DNA of 24,000 bases. Origin: an uncultured Methanosarcinales archaeon (lineage in GTDB: Archaea > Nanobdellota > Nanobdellia > Woesearchaeales > GW2011-AR9). The notes under the pieces were generated by a model. It worked only from the letters and a program-made list of their open reading frames with translations. It ran no database searches and had not been told where the DNA came from. How positions within the stretch are numbered: position 1 is the stretch's first letter; every line of letters starts with the position of its first letter. The position numbers and the translations under genes are program-made. Below, piece by piece: positions 14,048 to 22,090 of this stretch. The stretch spans positions 1-24,000 of the forward strand of contig CAYFMJ010000001.1 of NCBI GenBank assembly GCA_964344235.1, written 5' to 3'.

Positions 14048-14818
14048 ATGGACAAGGAGCCAGCTAAAAAAGCCGACGTTGAGACGAAAGAAGAACCAGT
14101 GATTCAGCCAGCACAGGTTGAAGAGCCAGAGATGTCTTCTGCAGAAATTTCAAAGGAAGCGATGTCCGTTAACCCTAAAGATAGGAAGTTTATTTTTATC
14201 GTTACAGGAGTCGTGATTTTATTATTTATTCTCGCTGTTGGTGGTTTAAAGATTACTGAATCATTTACAGGAGCGGCTGTTCTTTCAGTTGAAGAATTGC
14301 ATCAAAAGAACCTTGCGGGAGAATTACATGACGATAGGGGTTTGATGTATAATGGGTTTAGTTTTGTGAAGTATGAAGGGTTGTGGTGGACCGATTTATT
14401 GATTGGAGAGAGAAGAGTAAGAGTGCCGTTACATTTTAGTCCGGCTGAGGTGCAGGACATTCCAGTTACGGGCGAATTAGATTCGGGGTTTAATGCTGGA
14501 AACAGTGTATACTTAGCGATTGACCCAACTGTTGTGAGTGGACATTACGTTGTAGCGATGCGAGAATTAGGTGCGAATATTGCACAAGGTATTGGCCGAG
14601 ATTCTATTGGAGCGTGTACTACTGAACATGAGGGATGTGAGGATAGAGAAATTTTAAGTTGTGACAATACGCAAGGAAAGCCAGTTATTGAATTAGCAAT
14701 TGCAGAGGAAGCCGGTGTAGAGTTGAATGGTAGCTGTATCAAGATTAAGGGAACAGATTATGAGCTTCTACAGGCAACTGCACGATTGATCTATAAGTGG
14801 TACCAAGTTATGCCTTAG
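14048..14818 (+). CDS. Single-pass membrane-anchored protein with a Cys-containing ectodomain (hypothetical)
   Basis: ATG at 14048 preceded by GAGGGGAG. Acidic N-tail, then TM helix FIFIVTGVVILLFILAVGGL, then a ~170-aa domain with 4 Cys (GACTTEHEGCEDREILSCDN...GSCIKI). The track start at 13835 overlaps the divergent gene and is rejected. Confidence 0.65.
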   Translation: MDKEPAKKADVETKEEPVIQPAQVEEPEMSSAEISKEAMSVNPKDRKFIFIVTGVVILLFILAVGGLKITESFTGAAVLSVEELHQKNLAGELHDDRGLMYNGFSFVKYEGLWWTDLLIGERRVRVPLHFSPAEVQDIPVTGELDSGFNAGNSVYLAIDPTVVSGHYVVAMRELGANIAQGIGRDSIGACTTEHEGCEDREILSCDNTQGKPVIELAIAEEAGVELNGSCIKIKGTDYELLQATARLIYKWYQVMP

Positions 14819-15900
14819 AAGAGGTATTTGGCAAATAAAAGAAACCGCGGTTCTTTGAACAACGAAAGGGTGACAAGTGGAATCGGGTTATCACGAGTGT
14901 ATCTTTCAAAAATGTTCTGAATTTTAGGTTGTTTGACGTACCGAATAAGTCTGTCCCAGTCTTTATCTGAGAACTTTGCAAGAATTTTCTGAATAACGAG
15001 ATGTAACCAAAGTTTACGTCGTAATGGCGTGAGGTGGAGGTAATAATTACGGTTTTCGTTAATACATTTTACAAGGGTTTGTACTTGTTTCATCGCCGGA
15101 ACGATGCCGCCCAGTGTTGTTGCTTTCACATAGGAAGAAGCATCCCCAACAAGAAAACAATTCCCTAGTTGCACTCGTTGTAATGGGTGGTACACAGGAA
15201 TAGTGCCAGCTTGCATTTCCTTTGCTGTGAAGGCATGCTCTTTCATGAACTTGTCAAAGTACTGTTTTGATTTACTTCTCATTGCTAAGCCAACACGTGC
15301 CGTTGTGGGCGATTCTGGAACGACCCACGCAAATAAGCCAGGACAAACATTCTTTCCAAAATATGTTTTGATGGTGTGTGGCTCAAAGTTTCCTTCAACA
15401 ACTGCTTGCACACCATAATAATTCTTTCTCCGTTTGTTATAGAAACCAAATGCTTTTGCAGTAGGGGAGAGAGGTCCATCAGCAGCAATGATGATGTCCG
15501 GTGTGACACGGATCTCTTTGTTTGTGGTTGAATTCTTAATGATAAGAGTATCGTCTTCCCGACGTTGAAATGAATGGTTAATGTGAATCACTGCTCCTTC
15601 TTTCTTTGCGAGGTCGGCGAAGAAATTGTCAAATTTTGTTCTGCAGACAATGTAGTCCTTTTGTGTAATTTTTAATGAATCATTGGGAGAAAAGACTTCA
15701 ATCGTATCAATAGTATTTACAAGAAAAGAGTCCATAGGAAAGTTGAATTCATCAAAATCTGATGTGAGTATGCCAGTGCATTGAATTGGGGCCCCTATAG
15801 AAGGGTGGTTTTCATAGATTGTAACATTGTGGCCAGTCTTTGCAAGAAGATAGCCAGCATAACAGCCAATAGGGCCTGCGCCAATGATCATAATGTTCAT
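14815..15900 (-). CDS. Geranylgeranyl reductase family flavoprotein (archaeal lipid saturation)
   Basis: FAD-binding N-terminus MNIMIIGAGPIGCYAGYLLAKTGHNVTIYE, the GAPIQCTGIL Cys motif and the GDASSYVKATTLGGI motif match the GGR/FixC family. Confidence 0.85.
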   Translation of the reverse strand: MNIMIIGAGPIGCYAGYLLAKTGHNVTIYENHPSIGAPIQCTGILTSDFDEFNFPMDSFLVNTIDTIEVFSPNDSLKITQKDYIVCRTKFDNFFADLAKKEGAVIHINHSFQRREDDTLIIKNSTTNKEIRVTPDIIIAADGPLSPTAKAFGFYNKRRKNYYGVQAVVEGNFEPHTIKTYFGKNVCPGLFAWVVPESPTTARVGLAMRSKSKQYFDKFMKEHAFTAKEMQAGTIPVYHPLQRVQLGNCFLVGDASSYVKATTLGGIVPAMKQVQTLVKCINENRNYYLHLTPLRRKLWLHLVIQKILAKFSDKDWDRLIRYVKQPKIQNIFERYTRDNPIPLVTLSLFKEPRFLLFAKYLF

Positions 15901-15940
15901 GGTGAATGTAAAAATTAACTAATTAAAAAGCTTATCAAAC

Positions 15941-15969
15941 AAAAGAAGAAAAAAAGAAGAAAAAAAAGA
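15941..15969 (-). terminator. Oligo-T tracts downstream of the S-layer-like gene
   Basis: On the minus strand a T9 run (15960-15968) and a T7 run (15949-15955) follow the stop at 15989 within 40 nt. The same gap must also hold the promoter of the reductase gene. Confidence 0.4.
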
Positions 15970-15988
15970 TTGGAGGAAGATACCCCAC

Positions 15989-17269
15989 TTAGTAATATGT
16001 TGGGTCTTCACCCTCGTCGTCTCTTCGTAGTCTTGAGAAGCCAATGATCAAGCCGATCACAACTAATAGGACCACTAAAACGATTAAGGCAATCTCTAAA
16101 CCGTCACGTAAGCTCTGGTTGCTTCCGCTCTGGGTTCCAGGAACAACGTTTGCTTCTAACATAACAGTTTGGAGTTCTTCTCCATCTGCGCTAACTGTTA
16201 CAGCAACTGCTTGTGCAGCTGCAGGTGTACCAGCGTTTGGAGTTACGTCAACAGTAACAATTTTGTGTTGACCTGGTCCTAGAACAACCAGTGCATCACT
16301 CTTTGAAACGCTTGCCCAGTCACCAGCTACAACATCAACGGTGTATGCTTCTGTACTGGTTCCAGTGTTCATTAGAGCAACAAAGTAACTTGCTGTAGCT
16401 CCCGTAAGAACGCTCTGCGTTTGAGGGCCAACTTGCAAAGTTAACTCTGAAACTTCTTGGAACATTTCGTTCTCAACAACCTGGATTTGGTATGTTTTTG
16501 TAACAGTTTCGTGGAAATTGTCGTATTGAGCAGAGACAACTAATTCGTATGTTCCTGCAGCAGTGTTACTTGGAATCTGTAAAGCCATTTCAGGAACATC
16601 TTCGAAGTCAAAGTTACCGTCATCATCTGTGTTTACTTCATCTACAATTTCAAACGCGCTAACGCCTAATTGTGGAATGGAAACGGATACTTTAACATCT
16701 TCTTCATCCTTCTCACCGAAGTTCTCTAGTAATACTGTGGTGAACAAGTGTCGACCAGCTTTTACTGTGGAACTTGGTGCAAAAGAAACATCTGCGATGT
16801 CTACTGCGTGACGCTGAGCTTCAACGGAAAGCTGAACAACTGTTTCGAATGCTGCTGTGTTTTTATCCATAACACGCACACGTAACCAGTAGTTCTCATC
16901 GTTTTCCAACTCATGCGGTAAATCTAAGTCTAAACTTACTTTCTTTGTGGTACCTGCTTTAATGTTGAACAATTCTGTGGTTGCTTCTAACTCATCAAAG
17001 TCGTTGTATTCGAAACCGCTAATTTCGATTTCAACTTCAAGGTCTTCAAGAGTTTCAGAACCTAAGTTCTCCAATGCTAGGTCAACTTCAATTGTTTCGC
17101 CTTCTTCTACAGCGAAAATTTCATCACCATCACCTGCTCCGAAGTTAACGTCGTGTTCGTTAACTTCTAACTCTGCGATGAACAAATCGTTACCATCTAA
17201 AGCGCTTACTAAGGAAAAGCTCAAAACGCTAAAGACAAACAATGCCATCAAAATGGTTAGTTTTCTCAT
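15989..17269 (-). CDS. S-layer-like / CARDB-type surface protein with C-terminal membrane anchor
   Basis: Signal peptide MRKLTILMALFVFSVLSFSLVSA. Several acidic beta-sandwich repeats of CARDB style (IEVDLALENLGSETLEDLEVEIEI; LLENFGEKDEEDVKVSVSI; VALMNTGTSTEAYTVDV). C-terminal TM helix IALIVLVVLLVVIGLIIGF followed by a short charged tail. GGAGG RBS. Confidence 0.75.
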   Translation of the reverse strand: MRKLTILMALFVFSVLSFSLVSALDGNDLFIAELEVNEHDVNFGAGDGDEIFAVEEGETIEVDLALENLGSETLEDLEVEIEISGFEYNDFDELEATTELFNIKAGTTKKVSLDLDLPHELENDENYWLRVRVMDKNTAAFETVVQLSVEAQRHAVDIADVSFAPSSTVKAGRHLFTTVLLENFGEKDEEDVKVSVSIPQLGVSAFEIVDEVNTDDDGNFDFEDVPEMALQIPSNTAAGTYELVVSAQYDNFHETVTKTYQIQVVENEMFQEVSELTLQVGPQTQSVLTGATASYFVALMNTGTSTEAYTVDVVAGDWASVSKSDALVVLGPGQHKIVTVDVTPNAGTPAAAQAVAVTVSADGEELQTVMLEANVVPGTQSGSNQSLRDGLEIALIVLVVLLVVIGLIIGFSRLRRDDEGEDPTYY

Positions 17270-17335
17270 TTTTATCTTCCTCCAAATCTCTATAAAAGAG
17301 CATTATGGTTTCTTTTAACACCTCAAAACCTGGAT

Positions 17336-17355
17336 CCTATATAAATGTTTCGCAA
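17336..17355 (-). promoter_or_regulatory. BRE/TATA-like promoter for the S-layer-like gene
   Basis: The minus strand reads GCGAAACATTTATATAGG, a purine-rich BRE-like CGAAA followed by TTTATATA. It lies about 70 nt upstream of the ATG at 17269, implying a 5' UTR that carries the GGAGG. A second TATA-like TTTTATAG sits at 17291-17298. Confidence 0.4.
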
Positions 17356-17431
17356 AAGTGAGTATTGGAGAGTAATTACACTTGTTTGCTATTGCGAAAT
17401 GACTATTATCTAACATCTTTTAGGAACGTAT

Positions 17432-20400
17432 TTATTGAACAGTTATGATCCGATGTGCTGTTTCATGGATCTGTGAGTTCTTTGCTGTGACTTTAATAAC
17501 GTAATCTCCGGAGGGTGCGTAATCGGGTATCTGGAGAGGGATTACGCGAGTTTCTCCTTCTCCATCATCTAAATTAAACTCACCTGTTGAGTAATAATAT
17601 TCTAAATCGTAGATGAATACTGTAAAACGTACATCTTTAAGGTCAACATTACCGTTATTCTCAACTCTTGTAACGATTGTTGTAGATTCTCCTGGATAGA
17701 CCACTTCAGGAGTTGGATGAGCGTAGACAATTTCAATGCCTTTCTTAGGTTTCTTGATAATATGGAATTCGTCGTTGTCGAAAGGGTTTTCACAACCGGG
17801 GTCTTCTAAGTCTAGGAAACCATCAAAGTCGTTGTCTATACCGTCCTGGCAGGCAGTGGTAGTGTCTCCTTCATTATTGTCTAATGGGTTGTAGTTGCCT
17901 GATTCGTCGTAACAACCAGGATCTTTAGCATCTGTAAGACCATCATTATCATTGTCTAGGTTGTCGGAGCAGACTGTTGCACCAACAACTATGATAATAT
18001 CTTCTAAGATAGGGGTGTTGATAATTGAGTCTGTTACTGAGACCCTAAGGTTATGTGTGCCAATTTGATCGACAGCCGGGGCCCAGGTGAATTCTTGGTT
18101 ATGGGTTGTTGCCCCGGTTGGAAGAGGGAGGTTAAAATCATATTTCAGGATATCTTCGCTGTCTCCATCAATTGCTTCAATAGTAAAAGTTAACGTATCT
18201 CCTAAGCTAACGGAATAGGCTGTTTCACTTACAAACTGAGGAATTTGGTTTACATCAAATACAGTTACTTCAAACTCTTCCTGCACGCGGTTTCCAGCAT
18301 TATCCATTACGGCAATTACGAGAGTAAATCCTTCTTCTAAACTAGGATGTTGAACAAATGTAAATAATGGTTTTAGTTGAATTGTGTAAGTGTTGTCTCC
18401 GTTATCAATTAAATTTACTGCATTACCCGCAATTGATTCCAAGTTCATCGTTATCGAATCTGGTGAAGCCACTTCTACAATTAATAGATCATCTTCAGGA
18501 TCATCAATTGTAAAATCAATTTCTAATAACTCTCCTTCGTTCACTGTTTGCGGTTTAATTGGTTCAATTGTTGGATCTTCGTTGATTACAGGATCATCAG
18601 ATTCATCATCGTCATGTGAAGATTCACAGCCGGGGTCGTTGGGGAAGTCGATTAACCAATCAGCATCATTATCCAGACCATCCTCGCATTGATTTAGGAT
18701 AATAACTGGTTCATCGGACTCATCATTATCCTGAGCGTTGTAATTGCCATCCTCGTCAAGACACCCTTCATCTAATTCATCAATGTTGCCATCACCGTCA
18801 TTGTCAATCCCATCCTGACATTGTGCTGCTGGAAGTTCTTCATCATCATCCTGTGGGCTGTCACAGCTGAAATCATCTGGGAAGTCAACGAAACCGTCGC
18901 CATCATTATCGATACCGTCTTGACATTGCGTTGTTGCGTCTGATTCATCATCATCAAGAGGGTCATAATTACCTTCTTCATCATAACAACCAGGGTCAGC
19001 AGCATTATTTAGGCCATCGCCATCATTGTCGATGTCATCGGAACATTCTGCAACTTCAACAACAATATTTGTTTCGTTATCATCTTCAGGAGACTCACAA
19101 CCCGCATCAGCAGGGAAATCAATAAAACCATCAGCGTCATTATCTACACCATCAGAACAGTAAGCGACAGCATTTGCAAATTCTAAGTTTGTTGGAGAGG
19201 TAACAGGAAGTGTTACTTCAAAGAAGCCATCGGAAGGTGCCATTTGAATGTAGCCTTCTGGGATGATTTCCCGTACAATATACGTTCCTGGCCCTAAGTC
19301 TGGAAAGAGGAACGCGCCGTTGCTGTCAGTAATAGTAAAGTATTCATCCGCATCAAGCATTTCATTGTTATTTTCATCAATGTAAATGGTAATTCCCTCA
19401 AGAAGAATATCATCCCCCAGTATTACGGAACCGCCAAGTCCGAAGAAATCAATCAGCTTGTTACTATTTTCAAAGATTTGTGCAGCTGGATCAATATCTT
19501 GTAACGGGCCGAGGGTTGCTGTAGCGCCAACACCAAATGCCCGTACGTTGTTTATCTTTGATTGTAATTCTATCGCTTCATCAAAATAGTTAAAATTTAA
19601 TGGTGCCCCGTCAGAGAGGAAAATAAGGTTACTATTTTCGCTTTCCAAGCTCTCAGAACCATATATTTCAAGTGCCTTCTGTAGTGCAGCTTCATAATCT
19701 GTGCTACCACCGGACGCAAGAGTTCCCAGTGCTTCCACAATATCTAATTCCCCATTGCCATCCGTATCATCGCCGGCAAGAGAAGTGATTTGAATACCGG
19801 CAGTGCCTGGTTGGGTGTCAACCTCTGTTGCGAAATCGTTAAAGGATATAATAGCAATCGTGGCAGAGTCGCCAAAGCCTTCAGCAACAATATGTTCTGT
19901 TAGTGCAATATACGCTGCAATCTCTGCATCAAGAACAGTGTTCACTGCACCATCTCCGTTCATATCTGGAACTGGGTCGCCAGCGAAAGGACTTATAGTA
20001 CTAGAAGAGGTGTCAATAACATACAGGATTGTTGGAGCGCCGGTAACGGAAGTGATTTCACAGATGCCATCTCTATTTGTGTCTTCACATTTAATTCCAG
20101 TTATCTCAAATGATGGAGGTAGAGGATTGAATTCATCATTATCGAGAGGATCGTAGAAGCCCCCTTCTTCATTACATCCTGGATCGTCAATGTCCACTAA
20201 GCCATCCCCGTCGTTGTCAATTCCGTCAGAACATTCAAAGGAAATGTCATCCGATTCATCGTTGTCAAAAGGGTTGTAGTTTCCGGTTTCTTCATAACAA
20301 CCAAAATCCTCTTCATCAATATGGCCATCGAAATCATTGTCTAAGTTATCGGAACATTGTGGTAATAAATCGTTGAACTCATTGTCATCTTCTGGCGAAT

Positions 20401-22072
20401 CGCAACCGGGATCGTCCATATCGACGAGTGTATCGCCATCATTGTCAATGCCATCTGAACAAGCGGTTGCAAGAACTACAATTGTTACATCTTGCGTTGC
20501 TACGTCAATCTCGTCAGTTGCAACAAACGTAACTTCGTGAGTTCCAATTTGATCGGATGTTGGGGTCCACGTGAATTCTGGGGTGTTGAATGAAGCGCCT
20601 GTTGGGAGAGGTTCTTCCCAGACAACTTTGACAGTGTCCTCAGCATCAGCATCAGTAACATCAACATCAAATTGTAGAAGTGTTCCCACTGGAATTTCAT
20701 AATAGTCACCCGAAGTGAATTCAGGAAGCTGGTTCACGTCTAGAACGGTGTAATCAAATGTCTGTTTCACTTTATGTGTTTCATCTTCTGCATAGACAAT
20801 TAACGTTGTTGATTTTTTTGTATCTGGGTGTTGAACGTACGTGTAATCTGGGGCGAAGGTAAATTGCCCAGTGCCATCGTTATTGTCAATGAATAAAACA
20901 TCTGTAGGAAGTGGAAGGTGGAGGCAGGTGTTCGTACCACTAATGCAACTATAAGTGTATGCAGAAAGTGTTACGGAATCAGAGTCCTCGTCTTCTGCGG
21001 TGATAGAAAGTACAGCTGTTTCGCCCTCATTGATTGTAATGTCATCTAATGGATCCCCACCGTTAATTATTGGACTCTGTTTCTCTTCGATTTTGAGAAT
21101 AACTCCGTAGGAGAAAGAGTCTTTACCATCGGTTACTGTAATGAATAAAGGGTAGATCCCTGCCGCGGTAGGTGTTCCGTAAATAAGTGCATTATCACTT
21201 CCTTCCCCAAGATCAGTAAATTGTACTCCTGGTGGAAGTTTGGTAATGATGGAATCAACAGAAAACTCTAAAGGATCGTTATCTGCATCAATACCAATAA
21301 CATCGATTGCTAATAGTTCGTTAACTGGTCTTTCAAACACAGGGAATGGTAGAAGTGCAAATAAGATGCTGTCTGCATCGGGGCTTAAGTCAAATGTTGG
21401 CGGGTGGTTTTCGTCTGAAGGTTCAAGAACGGTAATCGTTATCGTTTCTTCATCCGTGCCACCATTACCATCGTCTACTGTAATTGTGATTGTATATGTC
21501 CCCGGTTCTGTTGGTGTCCAGGAAAACTCTCCAGTGTCTTCATCGAAGGACATACCAGGTTCAGTTGGTTCTACTTCGTATGTTAATGTATCTCCATCTT
21601 CATCAGTTGCGGTTACTTGGAACTCAAGCGTTTGGTCTGCTTCAATTTCTTTATCACTAATAGGATCTAAAACAGGCGGGGAGTTGAGGGGAGTTACAAC
21701 CAAGGTAATTTCCTCTTGATCCACGTCTGTTGATGTGGTTGCAGTGATTTGGACAGTGTATGTTCCTTCCAGATCGTCGGTGTTTATTGTAAATAAGTGA
21801 TCATAGAAGAAATCGGAATAACTATTTATGTCAGCAAACGTTTGGATAATAGTTGTTCCTTCTAACAACACAACATCTATGTCCAGTGGGGGATTAGTAG
21901 TGTCGGCTTCTGCTTCGAAAAGAACGTTCGTGCCAGCTTCCACGGTTAGAGTTGTGGAACCAGGAGCATCAACCCACCAGATAAACACCGCAACATCATC
22001 TGCTGCTGCAGGTGTAGTGAATAGTGCAAGTACTAGTAGAACTGTTAGTATAATGTTGTATTGTTTTTTCAT
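17432..22072 (-). CDS. Giant secreted multidomain adhesin-like protein (1546 aa) with cadherin/Ig-like repeats, Cys-bounded Ca-binding-type modules, vWA, SdrD-B-like and CARDB-like domains
   Basis: Signal peptide MKKQYNIILTVLLVLALFTTPAAA (22001-22072). Cadherin-like repeats with acidic strings (VTATDEDGDTLTY, ITAEDEDSDSVTL, VDVTDADAEDTV). Ten C-x-D-G-x-D-N-D-x-D-G ... PGC modules in three blocks. vWA domain with MIDAS VIDTSSS (20000-20014), spanning roughly 19440-20045. SdrD-B-like TITDSNGAFLFPDLGPGTYIVREIIPEGY (~19170-19410). C-terminal CARDB-like VYPGESTTIVTRVENNGNVDLKDVRF (~17435-17760). No C-terminal anchor. Confidence 0.9.
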   Translation of the reverse strand: MKKQYNIILTVLLVLALFTTPAAADDVAVFIWWVDAPGSTTLTVEAGTNVLFEAEADTTNPPLDIDVVLLEGTTIIQTFADINSYSDFFYDHLFTINTDDLEGTYTVQITATTSTDVDQEEITLVVTPLNSPPVLDPISDKEIEADQTLEFQVTATDEDGDTLTYEVEPTEPGMSFDEDTGEFSWTPTEPGTYTITITVDDGNGGTDEETITITVLEPSDENHPPTFDLSPDADSILFALLPFPVFERPVNELLAIDVIGIDADNDPLEFSVDSIITKLPPGVQFTDLGEGSDNALIYGTPTAAGIYPLFITVTDGKDSFSYGVILKIEEKQSPIINGGDPLDDITINEGETAVLSITAEDEDSDSVTLSAYTYSCISGTNTCLHLPLPTDVLFIDNNDGTGQFTFAPDYTYVQHPDTKKSTTLIVYAEDETHKVKQTFDYTVLDVNQLPEFTSGDYYEIPVGTLLQFDVDVTDADAEDTVKVVWEEPLPTGASFNTPEFTWTPTSDQIGTHEVTFVATDEIDVATQDVTIVVLATACSDGIDNDGDTLVDMDDPGCDSPEDDNEFNDLLPQCSDNLDNDFDGHIDEEDFGCYEETGNYNPFDNDESDDISFECSDGIDNDGDGLVDIDDPGCNEEGGFYDPLDNDEFNPLPPSFEITGIKCEDTNRDGICEITSVTGAPTILYVIDTSSSTISPFAGDPVPDMNGDGAVNTVLDAEIAAYIALTEHIVAEGFGDSATIAIISFNDFATEVDTQPGTAGIQITSLAGDDTDGNGELDIVEALGTLASGGSTDYEAALQKALEIYGSESLESENSNLIFLSDGAPLNFNYFDEAIELQSKINNVRAFGVGATATLGPLQDIDPAAQIFENSNKLIDFFGLGGSVILGDDILLEGITIYIDENNNEMLDADEYFTITDSNGAFLFPDLGPGTYIVREIIPEGYIQMAPSDGFFEVTLPVTSPTNLEFANAVAYCSDGVDNDADGFIDFPADAGCESPEDDNETNIVVEVAECSDDIDNDGDGLNNAADPGCYDEEGNYDPLDDDESDATTQCQDGIDNDGDGFVDFPDDFSCDSPQDDDEELPAAQCQDGIDNDGDGNIDELDEGCLDEDGNYNAQDNDESDEPVIILNQCEDGLDNDADWLIDFPNDPGCESSHDDDESDDPVINEDPTIEPIKPQTVNEGELLEIDFTIDDPEDDLLIVEVASPDSITMNLESIAGNAVNLIDNGDNTYTIQLKPLFTFVQHPSLEEGFTLVIAVMDNAGNRVQEEFEVTVFDVNQIPQFVSETAYSVSLGDTLTFTIEAIDGDSEDILKYDFNLPLPTGATTHNQEFTWAPAVDQIGTHNLRVSVTDSIINTPILEDIIIVVGATVCSDNLDNDNDGLTDAKDPGCYDESGNYNPLDNNEGDTTTACQDGIDNDFDGFLDLEDPGCENPFDNDEFHIIKKPKKGIEIVYAHPTPEVVYPGESTTIVTRVENNGNVDLKDVRFTVFIYDLEYYYSTGEFNLDDGEGETRVIPLQIPDYAPSGDYVIKVTAKNSQIHETAHRIITVQ
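17765..17971 (-). repeat. Block 3 of Cys-bounded DNDxDG modules (2 copies, coding)
   Basis: VCSDNLDNDNDGLTDAKDPGCYDESGNYNPLDNNEGD / ACQDGIDNDFDGFLDLEDPGCENPFDNDEF. Confidence 0.85.
18587..19159 (-). repeat. Block 2 of Cys-bounded DNDxDG modules (5 copies, coding)
   Basis: YCSDGVDNDADGFIDFPADAGCESPEDDNE / ECSDDIDNDGDGLNNAADPGCYDEEGNYDPLDDDESD / QCQDGIDNDGDGFVDFPDDFSCDSPQDDDE / QCQDGIDNDGDGNIDELDEGCLDEDGNYNAQDNDESD / QCEDGLDNDADWLIDFPNDPGCESSHDDDESD. Confidence 0.85.
20126..20461 (-). repeat. Block 1 of Cys-bounded DNDxDG modules (3 copies, coding)
   Basis: ACSDGIDNDGDTLVDMDDPGCDSPEDDNE / QCSDNLDNDFDGHIDEEDFGCYEETGNYNPFDNDESD / ECSDGIDNDGDGLVDIDDPGCNEEGGFYDPLDNDEF. Confidence 0.85.
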
Positions 22073-22090
22073 TTTTCAAAACATCCTCTT

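Noticed and set aside
15941-15969. The purine-rich AAAGAAGAAAAAAAGAAGAAAAAAAAAG tract as a microsatellite or novel repeat.
   Set aside because: Read on the minus strand, it is two oligo-T runs directly after a highly expressed-looking surface-protein gene. That is the expected form of an archaeal intrinsic terminator, so it is annotated as a terminator instead.
17348-17399. 8-bp inverted repeat TTTCGCAA ... TTGCGAAA downstream of the giant gene's stop, considered as a terminator hairpin or riboswitch-like element.
   Set aside because: The stem is short, AT-rich and separated by a 36-nt loop, so it is thermodynamically weak. One arm coincides with the BRE-like element of the next gene's promoter, which explains it more simply.
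17432-22072. Repetitive DNA in the giant gene as a CRISPR array or mobile-element repeats.
   Set aside because: The repeats are in-frame coding modules of variable sequence and spacing, with no constant direct repeat plus unique spacer architecture. No cas, transposase or integrase genes occur in the window.
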